DNA of 64,000 nucleotides from an uncultured Chloroflexia bacterium (GTDB taxonomy: Bacteria; Chloroflexota; Limnocylindria; Limnocylindrales; CSP1-4): the NCBI GenBank assembly GCA_963748625.1, contig CAVVJT010000010.1, positions 1,024,001 through 1,088,000 of the forward strand, given 5' to 3'. The stretch's first letter is position 1. The number at the start of each line of letters is the position of its first letter. The notes under the pieces were generated by a model that searched no databases, had not been told where the DNA came from, and saw nothing but the letters and a program-made list of their open reading frames with translations. The translations under genes and the position numbers were made by a program. This document shows, in pieces, positions 20,996-31,110 of this stretch.

Positions 20996-21838
20996 TCACC
21001 GCCTCACCTCCACCTCGACGGGAGTCCGCTCCCCTGCCGCGAGCGTGACCGACCAGGGCAGCGGCCCGCTCGTCGCGTACGCGGCCACGGCGCGCTGGAG
21101 CAACTCGACGTCGAACGGCCAGGTCAGTCCGCCGAACGAGAGTTGGACCGCGCCGCCCGGGATCGCCTCATTGATCATCGGGACGGATAGCACGTCGCCG
21201 TCCAGGGTCAGAGCGAAGTAGCCGCCCACGTGCGCTGCGGTGTAGTCGGCGAACGCCGCCGCCGCCTCCTCGGTGAACGCGATCTCGACCACGGGCAGCC
21301 CTGTCTGGTCCTCCGCGATCGACCCTGCCGCGAACCCGTCAGGGCCGATCAGCACCTCGACGGACGCGACATCGATCGTGTCGCCCGGCTCTGGAAGCCC
21401 GGCCGAGCTCATGCCCAGGGGGACGATCGAGAGCCCGCCCTCCGTCACCAGCATGGCTTCCAGCGCCCCGAGCAGCTCGACGCTGGCAGGATCGATGGGC
21501 AGGTCCATGGTGAGCATGTCGCCGTCCGCGTTGAGCGGTGTCGTCCCGTAGCCGGCAGCGTCAAGGCGCTCGCGCAGGGTCCCCGTCACCTCGCGCATCT
21601 CAGCGCCCGACGGTGAGCCACCGTCGGCGCGCCGGACGGTCAGCCTGACCCGCGTCCCAGCCATCACCTGGGGCGTCGAGACCGGCGCCATCGTCGCGGA
21701 TGCGTCGCCCACCAAGCGGATGACCGATGCCCCTCCGAGGACCGCGATCACGCCCGCCGCGGCGACCGCGAGCACGACTGCCGGCCTCCGCCATCGCGGA
21801 TGCGAGCCGGCGCGTCCGTGCGCCTCCCCGTTGCCCAT
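20996..21838 (-). CDS. Membrane-anchored protein with SecD/SecF periplasmic head-like domain
   Basis: Single N-terminal TM; TLRERLDAAG, PVVEIAFTEEAAAAFADYT, ALTLDGDVLSVPMINEAIPGG...SGPLP; no SecD TM bundle. Confidence 0.65.
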   Translation of the reverse strand: MGNGEAHGRAGSHPRWRRPAVVLAVAAAGVIAVLGGASVIRLVGDASATMAPVSTPQVMAGTRVRLTVRRADGGSPSGAEMREVTGTLRERLDAAGYGTTPLNADGDMLTMDLPIDPASVELLGALEAMLVTEGGLSIVPLGMSSAGLPEPGDTIDVASVEVLIGPDGFAAGSIAEDQTGLPVVEIAFTEEAAAAFADYTAAHVGGYFALTLDGDVLSVPMINEAIPGGAVQLSFGGLTWPFDVELLQRAVAAYATSGPLPWSVTLAAGERTPVEVEVRR

Positions 21839-22267
21839 GGCAGATCCCCTCCGTTCATGCCCGGCCAGACGACAACGCGTCTGCGACGTTCAAGGATCGC
21901 ATGGCCCGGAGCGAACGCATCCCAACTGCGTTGCGACCCAGCCGCGTGTCGAATCGGCCGTCAGTGAGCAGGGCTGCGTACAGGTCGTGCGCTGTGGCGC
22001 CTGAGCTCTGCACGCTGTTGAGCGCAGCAACACATGTCTGGGTCGGGCACTTGATGCGGACCACGCACGCAACGCCGGTCAACCAGATCGCCAGGTCGGT
22101 GAAGGCTCGGCTGGTCAGACGGGGCACCAGGGAGGCACTCAAGGCGTGGCGTTCCCGGAGCGTGCGTCGCAGGCGCTGGTACAGGAACCCCCTGAACGGG
22201 GCCCCAACCCGGCCATGACCATCGGCGGTTACCGGGCAGCCACCAGTCACCCCGCTCGTGGCAAGGT

Positions 22268-23731
22268 TCACGATCCGGGCGACGAATCCTCGGCCGTCCC
22301 GGGGCGTGCGGTGGGCTCCGCGAACTCGTCCACCCCTGCGGCGCGGCCCTTCCGCACCACCGGCGGCCGCGGGACCCCCAACGGGATCACCGGCAGCTCG
22401 GCCCGGACAACGGCCGGTGGCTGGCCGTGGCAGCGCTTCACCTTCTGCCCAGACCCGCAGGGGCACGGATCGTTGCGGCCGGCAACGGCCACCGCCGCCG
22501 CGATCTCCACGTCGTACCCGGGCATCAGCGGCACGACCTCCCGTGCCTCGCGCCCCGTCTTGAGCAGCCGGACGATGACCTTCGCCGGCCGATCGATGTG
22601 CCGGAAGAAGGACATGTACCCGGAGCACAGGTAGTTCAAGCCGGGCTCCCCGTCCGGCGTGGTCAGGAACCGGTTCTTGGGGCACTCGCCGTGGCACGCG
22701 AACCGCACGTCGCACTCGCGGCACATCCGGGGCAGCGTGTCCCGCTTGGCCGCCCCGAATACGAGCTGCTTCTCCGACCCCACGAGGTCCAGCATCGGCA
22801 GCTCGCGGATGTTGCCCAGGCGGTGCTCGGGCTCCACGAAGTGGTCGCAGGAGAACAGGTCCCCGTTGTGCTCCAGGGCGAGGCCCGCGCCGCACGTCTC
22901 GTTGAAGACGCACAGGCCGGAGCCCGCGGCCCCGAAGTGGTTGCGGATGGCCGCCTCGAACGTCTGCACGAACACACGGCCCACGTCGTTGCGGACCCAT
23001 TCGTCCCAGATCGTCGTCAGGAACCGCCCGAACTGCTCCGGCCGCACCGACCGGACGGATGCCGCCATCCCGCGCATCGGATCGGGCAGCCCGCGCTCGT
23101 CCACGCGCTCCACCACGGGGATGAACTGCATCCAGTCCGCGCCCAGGTCGTCACGCAGGAAGCGGTAGACCTCCAGGGGGTAGTCCCCGTTGAGCCGGTT
23201 GACGGTGGTCAGGGTGTTGAAATCCACCTTGTGCGCCTGGAGCAGCCGCACGCCGCGCATCACGTCGGACCAGGTCGCCTTGCCACCCTTGTCCACGCGG
23301 TTGCCGTCGTGGAGCGGCTGCGGACCGTCGATGGAGAGGCCCACCAGGTAGCCGTGCCCGGCCAGGAAGGCGGCCCACTCGTCATCGATCCGCGTCCCGT
23401 TCGTCTGGATCGTGTTCTCGAAGGTCATCCCGGGGCGGCGGTAGCGCTCCTGGAGCTCGTGGACCCGGCGGAAGAAGTCCAGGCCCATCAGCGTGGGCTC
23501 GCCACCCTGCCAGGCGAACGTGACCTCACTGGACCGGTGCGCCTCGATCAGGCCACGCACGTAGGTCTCGAGCGTCTCCTCGTCCATCCGGAACGTGGAG
23601 CCCGGGTGCATCGCCTCCTTGTCGAGGAAGAAGCAGTACGTGCAGGCCAGGTTGCAGATGGCGCCGGTGGGCTTGGCCATCACGTGGAACCGCGGCGGGG
23701 CGGCGGTCAGGGGCGCGGCGAGGTCGGTCAC
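22268..23731 (-). CDS. Anaerobic sulfatase-maturating radical SAM enzyme (anSME) with C-terminal SEC-C motif
   Basis: CNLACTYC, WQGGEPTL, SPASM cysteines (CDHF, CRECDVRFACHGECPK), GRNDPCPCGSG. Confidence 0.93.
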   Translation of the reverse strand: MTDLAAPLTAAPPRFHVMAKPTGAICNLACTYCFFLDKEAMHPGSTFRMDEETLETYVRGLIEAHRSSEVTFAWQGGEPTLMGLDFFRRVHELQERYRRPGMTFENTIQTNGTRIDDEWAAFLAGHGYLVGLSIDGPQPLHDGNRVDKGGKATWSDVMRGVRLLQAHKVDFNTLTTVNRLNGDYPLEVYRFLRDDLGADWMQFIPVVERVDERGLPDPMRGMAASVRSVRPEQFGRFLTTIWDEWVRNDVGRVFVQTFEAAIRNHFGAAGSGLCVFNETCGAGLALEHNGDLFSCDHFVEPEHRLGNIRELPMLDLVGSEKQLVFGAAKRDTLPRMCRECDVRFACHGECPKNRFLTTPDGEPGLNYLCSGYMSFFRHIDRPAKVIVRLLKTGREAREVVPLMPGYDVEIAAAVAVAGRNDPCPCGSGQKVKRCHGQPPAVVRAELPVIPLGVPRPPVVRKGRAAGVDEFAEPTARPGTAEDSSPGS

Positions 23732-23740
23732 CAGCGGAGT

Positions 23741-24682
23741 CTAGCCGTCGAAGACCGTGACCCAGTCGCGGGCCATGCTCACGACGGTCCAGCCCAGGCG
23801 CACGGCCGTCTCCAGGATCGGCTCGGCTCCCGGGTCGGTCGCCGACCGGCTCTCGTACGCGAACTCGCGCTCCGCGTCGTCGTGGTCGATGACGATGCCC
23901 AGCGTGGACCCCGCGCCCGTCGTCGCGTACTCCAGCATCTCCCGGTCACCCGCGGAGTTGCCGGCGGCCAGGATCGGCCGGCGCCCGATGTGGGCGTGGA
24001 TCGCCCGCGCCTTGGGCTCACCCTCGTTCACGTCCCCGCGACCGAGGACGGCCTGCCGCACGAGGTGGACGACCCCGTCCCGCCGTTCGAACGCCACGTC
24101 CACGGCCGTGCCCACCACGTCGTCGGGCGTCACGCGGTAGAGGTCCAAGGACACGGCCCGGACGAAGTCCACGCCGCCGCCGGTCACGATGAACACGCGG
24201 AAGTCGTGTGCCCGCAGCAGGTCCAGGAGCTCGAGCATCGGCCGGTACACCAGCCGCGTGAACGGGCCGCCGAGCGTGGGATGGACGGCGGAGGCGAACC
24301 AGGCCGTGGCAGCCGCCGCAAACTCCTCCACGGTCAGGCCCGCGTGGGCGAACAGCGCGACGTCCCCGACCTCGTCCGCGCCCACGGCGAACGCGCCGCG
24401 CAGGTCACCGGCGAGCAGGGCCCTGACAACCGGCCGCGCCGCCAGCGACGGGTCGGCCGCGGCCAGCTCGCGCAGGCGGTCGATGACGAAGTAGGCCTGG
24501 GTGTAGGTCGGCCGCTCCGACCAGAGCGTGCCGTCGTTGTCGAACACAGCGATCCGGGCGGCCGGCGGGACGAAGCCCGCCGAGCCACTCGTGGTCGCAC
24601 GCGCGACGAACGCGAGGATGGCGCTCCGCGCGTCACCCTCGCGCCAGGACGGGAGCAGGGAAGCCCCGAGGTCAGTGGCCAC
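23741..24682 (-). CDS. HAD-family hydrolase
   Basis: FDNDGTLWSE, AGNSAGD, DHDDAEREFAY, VSMARDW. Confidence 0.88.
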   Translation of the reverse strand: MATDLGASLLPSWREGDARSAILAFVARATTSGSAGFVPPAARIAVFDNDGTLWSERPTYTQAYFVIDRLRELAAADPSLAARPVVRALLAGDLRGAFAVGADEVGDVALFAHAGLTVEEFAAAATAWFASAVHPTLGGPFTRLVYRPMLELLDLLRAHDFRVFIVTGGGVDFVRAVSLDLYRVTPDDVVGTAVDVAFERRDGVVHLVRQAVLGRGDVNEGEPKARAIHAHIGRRPILAAGNSAGDREMLEYATTGAGSTLGIVIDHDDAEREFAYESRSATDPGAEPILETAVRLGWTVVSMARDWVTVFDG

Positions 24683-26177
24683 CCTGGAGGGCGGCCTCCA
24701 TCTTCGCCATGACCTGGTCCACGGTGAAGGAGGCGGCCTTCATGCGTGGCGGGAACTGGAAGAAGGTCTGCAGGAACTCGCCCACGACCTTCTGCGACGG
24801 GACGATGAGGTAGATGCGGTCAATGATCCAGTCGTAGTACGTGTTGGACGTGATATTGGCCCGCTCGAAGGGATCGGTCCGCAGGTTGAACAGCAGCGGC
24901 ACGCGCAGCATCACGAACGGCTCCGCCCAGACCTGGAGGGTGCCCTGGACCCGCTGCTCGGCGAAGACCAGCTTCCAGTTGTCGTAGCGGGTGGCCACGA
25001 GGTCACCGTCGTCGCTGAAGTAGAAGAACTCGACGCGCGGTCCCTTGTCCTCCTCGCCCGTGAGGTAGGGCAGGAAGTTGTAGCCGTCGAGATGGACCTT
25101 GAAGGTCTTGCCCGCGGCCTCGTGGCCCGCCTTGAGCTTGTCCTTCACGTCCGGGTCGCCGGCCGCGGCAAGGAAGGTGGGCATCCAGTCCATGTGGCTG
25201 ATGATCTCGTTGGAGACCACGCCCGCCGGGATGTGGCCCGGCCACCGGATCATCTCCGGGACGCGGAAGGCGCCCTCCCAGTTGGTGTTCTTCTCGCTGC
25301 GGAAGGGCGTCATGGCGCCGTCCGGCCAGCTGTTCATGTGCGGACCGTTGTCCGTGGAGTACACGAAGATCGTGTCGTCCGCGATGCCCAGCTCGTCCAG
25401 CTTGTCCAGGACGCGGCCCACGGCCTTGTCGTGGTCGATCATCGCGTCGTGGTACTCGGACTGCCAGCGGCCGGACTGGCCGCGGCTCTCCGGCTTGATG
25501 TGGGTCCGGAAATGCATGTGGGTGGTGTTGACCCACAGGAAGAACGGCGCGTCAGCGGCGGCCTTGCGTTCGATGAAGTCGATCGCGCCATCGACGATCT
25601 CGTCGTCGATGGTCTCCATCCGCTTCTTGGTGAGCGGACCCGTGTCCTCGATGGTCTGGGTTCCGTCCGCGTTGGCCTTGCAGCGCAGGACGCCGCGCGG
25701 CCCGTAGTTCTTCTTGAAGTCCGGGAAGTCGGACGCCTTCGGATAGTCCTCGTGCTCCGGCTCCTCCTCGGCATTGAGGTGGTAGAGGTTGCCGAAGAAC
25801 TCGTCGAAGCCGTGGGCCGTGGGCAGGTGGCGGTCCTGGTCGCCCAGGTGGTTCTTGCCGTACTGGCCGGTGGCGTAGCCCTGGGCCTTGAGGAGCTCGG
25901 CGATGGTGGGGTCCTCGTCCGGCATCCCCACCGCGGCGCCCGGCATGCCCACCTTGGACAGGCCCGTACGGTAGACGCTCTGCCCGGTGATGAACGCGGA
26001 CCGGCCGGCGGTGCAGCTCTGCTCGCCGTAGGAATCCGTGAACCGCATCCCCTCATTGGCGACACGGTCGATGTTGGGGGTCCGGTAGCCCATCAGCCCG
26101 TCGCTGTACGCGGACAGGTTGGTGATCCCGATGTCGTCCCCCCAGAAGACGACGATGTTGGGCTTGCCGTTCGGCAT
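24672..26177 (-). CDS. Arylsulfatase (Cys-type, no signal peptide)
   Basis: KPNIVVFWGDDIG, SCTAGRSAFITG (CxAxR), GKNHLG, TDNG. Confidence 0.93.
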   Translation of the reverse strand: MPNGKPNIVVFWGDDIGITNLSAYSDGLMGYRTPNIDRVANEGMRFTDSYGEQSCTAGRSAFITGQSVYRTGLSKVGMPGAAVGMPDEDPTIAELLKAQGYATGQYGKNHLGDQDRHLPTAHGFDEFFGNLYHLNAEEEPEHEDYPKASDFPDFKKNYGPRGVLRCKANADGTQTIEDTGPLTKKRMETIDDEIVDGAIDFIERKAAADAPFFLWVNTTHMHFRTHIKPESRGQSGRWQSEYHDAMIDHDKAVGRVLDKLDELGIADDTIFVYSTDNGPHMNSWPDGAMTPFRSEKNTNWEGAFRVPEMIRWPGHIPAGVVSNEIISHMDWMPTFLAAAGDPDVKDKLKAGHEAAGKTFKVHLDGYNFLPYLTGEEDKGPRVEFFYFSDDGDLVATRYDNWKLVFAEQRVQGTLQVWAEPFVMLRVPLLFNLRTDPFERANITSNTYYDWIIDRIYLIVPSQKVVGEFLQTFFQFPPRMKAASFTVDQVMAKMEAALQGGH

Positions 26178-26297
26178 CGGTGGCTCTCCTCGCGGACCGC
26201 GGTCTGATGCGTGCTGGTGTCACGTCTCGGGTCCGTGCAGTCTAGGCCGTCCAGGCCTGGCCCGGCTCGCCGGGTTCGAGTGAGGCATGATGGCGAG

Positions 26298-27755
26298 GTG
26301 ACGCAGACAGACGCCGCCCTCCCGTCCTCCGCCCTGCCCGCGGCGGAATGGGGCGCCCGCGCCACCGAGCTTGTCGGTCTGCTCCAGGATCTGATCCGGA
26401 TCCCGTCGATCAACCCGCCGGACCCGCCCGGACCAGAGATGGACGCTGCCGTCTTCCTCGCGGACCTTCTCCGTCGCGAAGGCCTTGTGCCAGAGGTGAT
26501 CGAGTCGGCGCCTGGTCGTGGCAACGTCACCGTCCGCCTCCGAGGTGACGGGACCCGGGGCACGGGCGCCCCCGAGGACGCCCTGCTCCTGCTGTCCCAT
26601 CTTGACGTCGTGCCCGCGAACCCCGCCGACGGTTGGACCCATGACCCCTTCGCTGCCGACCTGGCCGACGGATATGTCTACGGCCGCGGCGCCGTCGACA
26701 TGAAGCAGATGGTCGCGCTCGAGACCATGGTCGTCGTGATGCTGGCCCGCCGTGCGCGCGAAGCCGGTCTCGACCCTGCCCGCGACCCGATTCCGGGCCT
26801 CCGTCGCGACGTGCTCTACACGTGCACCGCTGACGAGGAGGCCGGCGGGCGCGAGGGCGCGGGCTGGCTGGCCGCGAACCGCCCCGACACGCTGCGTGCG
26901 TCGGGAGCGCTCAACGAGGCGGGCGGCGTCTCGGTGGAGCTGGGCGGTCGCCGGTTCTACCCGATCCAGGTGGCAGAGAAGGGCTTCGAGGTCTTCAAGA
27001 TCCACGTCCACGGCACCTGGGGCCACGGCTCCATGCCCCGCGACGACAACGCCGCCGTGATGGCCGCCGAGGTCGTCCGGCGCATGGCCGTCCCGGGCGA
27101 GCCGCGGCTGACTCCGGTGATGCGCCGGTTCCTGGCCGGCATCGGCGAGGCGCTGGGGTCCGACCAGGCGGCACTGCTCGAGGCGATCGCCCGGGTCGAG
27201 GACGATCCGCGCCGCGCCGAGGCGGCCATCGCCAGCCTGTGCGACCCCATGTACGCGCGCGCCATCCGCGCCCTCGTCCGCGACTCCATCAGCCCGGACG
27301 TCATCCACGCCGGCGTCAAGTACAACGTCATCCCGGGCGAGGCGATGGTCGAGATCGACTGCCGCGTCCTGCCCGGCACCACCCCCGACGACATGCGCGA
27401 GGAGGTCGTCGCACGCCTGGGCGACCTCGCCGAGCGCTGCACCGTGGAGCACGTGATCGGCCGGCCGCCCGTCGAGGCCCCTGCAGAGGGTGAGCTCTAC
27501 GACCTGATGGCGGCCATGATCCGCGCCCATGACCCCGACGGCATCCCGGTTCCGGTCATGGCCCCGTTCGCCACCGACGCGAAGTCGACATCGGTCCTGC
27601 TCGGCGTGCCCACCTACGGCTTCTCCCCGCTCAAACTGGAGCCTGACGAGCGCTTCCTCGAGCGGTTCCACGGCGTGGACGAGCGCGTGGGCGTGGACGC
27701 CCTCCGTTGGGGCCTGCCCGTCCTCTACGACGTGGTGCTCGGCTACTGCGGATAG
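26298..27755 (+). CDS. M20/M25/M40 family metallohydrolase
   Basis: SHLDVVP, GRGAVDMK, DEEAGG, GHGSMP, ATD, FHGVDER. Confidence 0.9.
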   Translation: MTQTDAALPSSALPAAEWGARATELVGLLQDLIRIPSINPPDPPGPEMDAAVFLADLLRREGLVPEVIESAPGRGNVTVRLRGDGTRGTGAPEDALLLLSHLDVVPANPADGWTHDPFAADLADGYVYGRGAVDMKQMVALETMVVVMLARRAREAGLDPARDPIPGLRRDVLYTCTADEEAGGREGAGWLAANRPDTLRASGALNEAGGVSVELGGRRFYPIQVAEKGFEVFKIHVHGTWGHGSMPRDDNAAVMAAEVVRRMAVPGEPRLTPVMRRFLAGIGEALGSDQAALLEAIARVEDDPRRAEAAIASLCDPMYARAIRALVRDSISPDVIHAGVKYNVIPGEAMVEIDCRVLPGTTPDDMREEVVARLGDLAERCTVEHVIGRPPVEAPAEGELYDLMAAMIRAHDPDGIPVPVMAPFATDAKSTSVLLGVPTYGFSPLKLEPDERFLERFHGVDERVGVDALRWGLPVLYDVVLGYCG

Positions 27756-27937
27756 CGGTCGTCGAACGGTCTCGCGCTGACCCGGCCGGGAGTCACGGAG
27801 CGGGTGGCCGTGCGGGCAGCGTGCGGCCAGGTCGGGGTTTCATGCACGGCCCACGCTCGGGCTAGTCGATCCTGACTCCCACGTGGTTCGACGAGGCGCG
27901 AGGGCCGCGGCCGGCAGCGCGTGCCATCGCGATGACG

Positions 27938-28441
27938 TCAGCCCGGCGGCTCCTCCGTCCGTAGCAGGCGCTTGCGGCTCGACAGCCGGTTCGTCGCGAG
28001 CGCGGCGACACCCATCGCGACCAGCGCTCTCTCGGAGCGCGGCATCGGCCGGACGAGCGCGAGGAACTGCTCTGCCCGCGCCCGGTCCACGATCCGCAGC
28101 GTGGCCTGCCCACGCGGCGTCAGCCACACGGACCGCTGGCGGGCGTCGTCCTCCTCCACCTTGCGCTCGACCAGGCGCCGCTTCTCCAGGCCGTCCACCA
28201 GGCGTGACGTCGCCGACGGCGAGCGGTTGATGGCGTCGGCGAGGTCCGCGATGGTGGTGGTCGCCCCCTCGGCCAGCACGTAGAGCGCGGCGAGCTGCGT
28301 GAAGCCCAGCTTGAGGTCGCCCAGCTGGGACGCGAACCCGATCACGAGCTCCCGCCACAGCGATCGCCCCATGGCCACCCGCTCGGAGATCTGGCGCACG
28401 TTCTGGATCCGCATGCCCGCCGCGACGACCGGCGCGGACAA
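27938..28441 (-). CDS. MarR-family transcriptional regulator (true start uncertain, possibly upstream across an indel)
   Basis: TIADLADAINRSPSATSRLVDGLEKRRLVER...DARQRSVWLTPRG; divergent from fabD. Confidence 0.85.
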   Translation of the reverse strand: MSAPVVAAGMRIQNVRQISERVAMGRSLWRELVIGFASQLGDLKLGFTQLAALYVLAEGATTTIADLADAINRSPSATSRLVDGLEKRRLVERKVEEDDARQRSVWLTPRGQATLRIVDRARAEQFLALVRPMPRSERALVAMGVAALATNRLSSRKRLLRTEEPPG

Positions 28442-28690
28442 ATCCGCCTCGAAGACGCGCGCGATGACCCGCGGCGAGGCGCCGCGGCTGACGGGGAGGC
28501 CGGATCATCGACGCGGGGAGCGGTGGCCCATACGCGGGATCGGAGGGCCGCGTGCGCGGCGACTTCACGGTGGGCGTGGGCTTGGGGGCTGATTCCGGGT
28601 CGGGATCTGTCATCCCGCGGACCTCAATGGCGTGCTGCTCGAGTGGCAAACGGCCGCAGCCGCGTGCCGCACGAGCCTATGCCCAGCCCG

Positions 28691-28714
28691 ATATTGCTGC
28701 AACCGTGCACATAT
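28691..28714. promoter_or_regulatory. Candidate MarR operator between marR and fabD
   Basis: AT-rich imperfect palindrome ATATtgcTGCAaccgTGCAcATAT in the divergent spacer. Confidence 0.35.
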
Positions 28715-28755
28715 TCTGCCGGGAAACGGGCGCAGGCCACGTACAGTCCGCCACG

Positions 28756-29726
28756 ATGAGCACGATTGCGTTTGTCTTTCCCGGCCAGGGTTCCCAGTTC
28801 GTGGGCATGGGCCAGGCCCTCGCCCAGTCCTCCCCCGCCGCCGCCGCGGTCTGGGCTGCAGCCGACGCGGCCCTCGGCGAGTCGATCAGCACGCTCGCCT
28901 GGGAGGGTCCCGAGGAGGACCTGAACCGGACCGAGAACAGCCAGCCCGCCCTGCTCGCTGCCTCCATCGCCTACCTCGAGGCCGTCAAGGAGCGCTGGTA
29001 CGAGCTCCAGGTGGACATCCCGGAGCCCGCCTTCGCCGCCGGCCACTCGATGGGCCAGTACACCGCCCTCGTCGCCGCGGGCGCCCTCGACCTCGCCGAT
29101 GCCGTCCGCCTCGTCCGGATCCGTGGCCAGCAGATGCAGGCATCGGGCACCGGCCGTGAGGGCCGGATGGCCGCCCTCATCGGCCTCGACGACACGAAGC
29201 TCCCGGAGCTCGTCGAGCGCGCCTCGGCCCACGGAATCTTCGGCGTCGCGAACCGCAACTCGCCGGGCCAGGTCGTGGTCAGCGGCGAGCGGCGCTGCCG
29301 TCGAGGCCGCGCTGCCCGATCGCCAAGGAGCTCGGTGCCAAGCGCGCGATCGAGCTGCCGGTGAGCGTCGCCGCCCACTCCCCGCTGATGGCCGAGGCCG
29401 CAGACGCCATGCGCGACGTCCTCGCCGGGATCACGTTCCACGATCCTGAGCCGCCCCTCCTCGCCAACGCCGACAGCCGGCCGATCACCACCGCCGAGGG
29501 CTGCCGCAACGAGCTGGTGGACCACCTGACCACGGGCGTGGACTGGGTCGGCGCGGTCAGGGCCATGGAGGCCGCCGGCGTCACCGTCTTCATCGAGGTC
29601 GGGCCGGGCCAGGTCCTCACCGGTCTCATCAAGCGCATCGCTCCAGACGCCACGGTCATCGCGCTCGACGACAAGGGCGCACCTGACCGTCTGGCCATCC
29701 CCTTCGCCGACTCCGCCGCCGTCTAG
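28756..29726 (+). CDS. fabD: Malonyl-CoA:ACP transacylase (apparent indels at about 29292 and 29318)
   Basis: FPGQGSQ, AGHSMG, NRNSPGQVVVSG; continues in another frame as LPVSVAAHSPLM...EVGPGQVL. Confidence 0.9.
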
Positions 29727-29781
29727 GCGACACCACCACCACCTCCGTCCTCACAGCACGATCACCTCCCGAAAGGACCCA

Positions 29782-31055
29782 ATGCGCCAGCCCGATTACA
29801 CGCGCCGCGTCGTCGTCACCGGGGTCGGGGTCATCAGCCCCGTCGGCAACGACAAGGCGACCGCCTGGAACGCCCTCGTCAACGGTGTCTCCGGTCTCCG
29901 CGAGATCACCAAGTGGGACATCGAGCGGTACGCGAACAAGGCGCGGGCGAGGTGACCGGCTTCGATCCCAAGCAGTGGATGGAACCCAAGGCGATCCGCC
30001 GCAGCGAGCCGGCGATGTGGTATGGCGTGGCGGCAGCCAAGCAGGCCGTCGCGGATTCCGGGCTGGAGATCACCGACGAGAACCGCGAGGAGGTCGGCGT
30101 CGTCTTCGGGACCGGCGCCGGCGGCCAGACGCTGATGATCGAGAACTGGCATGTCCTCGACCAGAAGGGACCCGAGCGGGTCGCCCCCACGTTCATCGCG
30201 AACGGCCTGGTCGACGCCACGTCGGGGATGATCGCGATCGAGACCGGTGCCATCGGCCACAACATGTGCGTGGTCACCGCCTGTTCCACCGGCACCAACG
30301 CGGTGGGCGAGGCCTCCGAGCTCATCCGGCGCGGCGACGTGCACACCGTGATCGCGGGCTCGTCCGAGATGCCGCTGCTCGAGGTGGCGCACGCGGGCTT
30401 CGGCAACATGCGCGGCCTGGGCTCCCCGCGGGAGGGCCGCCCGCTGGCCGACACCAGCCGCCCGTTCGACAAGACGCGCGACGGCTTCGTCCTGGGCGAG
30501 GGCGGCGGCGCGCTGATCCTCGAGGATCTCGAGATGGCCAAGGCGCGCGGCGCCCGCATCTACTGCGAGGTCGTGGGCTACGGCGCCGCCGCCGACGGCT
30601 GGGACATGATCCAGCCGATCGAGCATGGCGTGGGTTCCGCGCGGGCCATGAAGCTCGCGCTCCAGCGCCGTGGCGTCCCCGCGGACGAGATTGACGTGAT
30701 CAACCCGCACGGCACCTCCACCCCGGTCGGGCGACCACCGCGAGGCCGAGGCCATCTGGACCGTCTTCGGCGATCGGACGGCCGCGTCCCGGCAGTCCCT
30801 GCTGGTGAGCGCGACCAAGTCGATGACGGGCCACATGATGGGCGCCGCGGGCGCCTTCGAGGCCTTCGCAACCGTGATGACCGTGGCCGAGCAGACGGTC
30901 CCGGGCACCATCAACTACGAGGAGTTCGACCCCGAGTGCGACCTCTGGGTCCGCCCGGACACCGTGCAGATGCCGGTCCGCTACGCGCTGTCGAACAACA
31001 TCGGCCTCGGCGGCCACAACGGCGCGATCATCTTCAAGCGCTGGGACGGGCAGTA
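29782..31055 (+). CDS. fabF: Beta-ketoacyl-ACP synthase II, copy 1 (apparent indels at about 29945 and 30735)
   Basis: MRQPDYTRRVVVTGVG, TACSTG, NPHGTST, KSMTGHMMGAAG, GLGGHN spread across three frames. Confidence 0.88.
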
Positions 31056-31110
31056 GACGGCCGGTACAATCGGGACCCTGACATCCCTTCCGCACGCTGA
31101 GGCCCAGACC

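Noticed and set aside
21850-22260. Unassigned ~400-bp gap with a coding-looking stretch (PRLTSRAFTDLAIWLTG) on the minus strand
   Set aside because: Possibly a gene remnant, but no clear start or motif that I can support without a search.
22268-26177. Sulfatase-HAD-anSME cluster as a novel radical SAM/RiPP system
   Set aside because: The radical SAM enzyme has a cognate CxAxR sulfatase substrate in the same operon; this is established formylglycine maturation.
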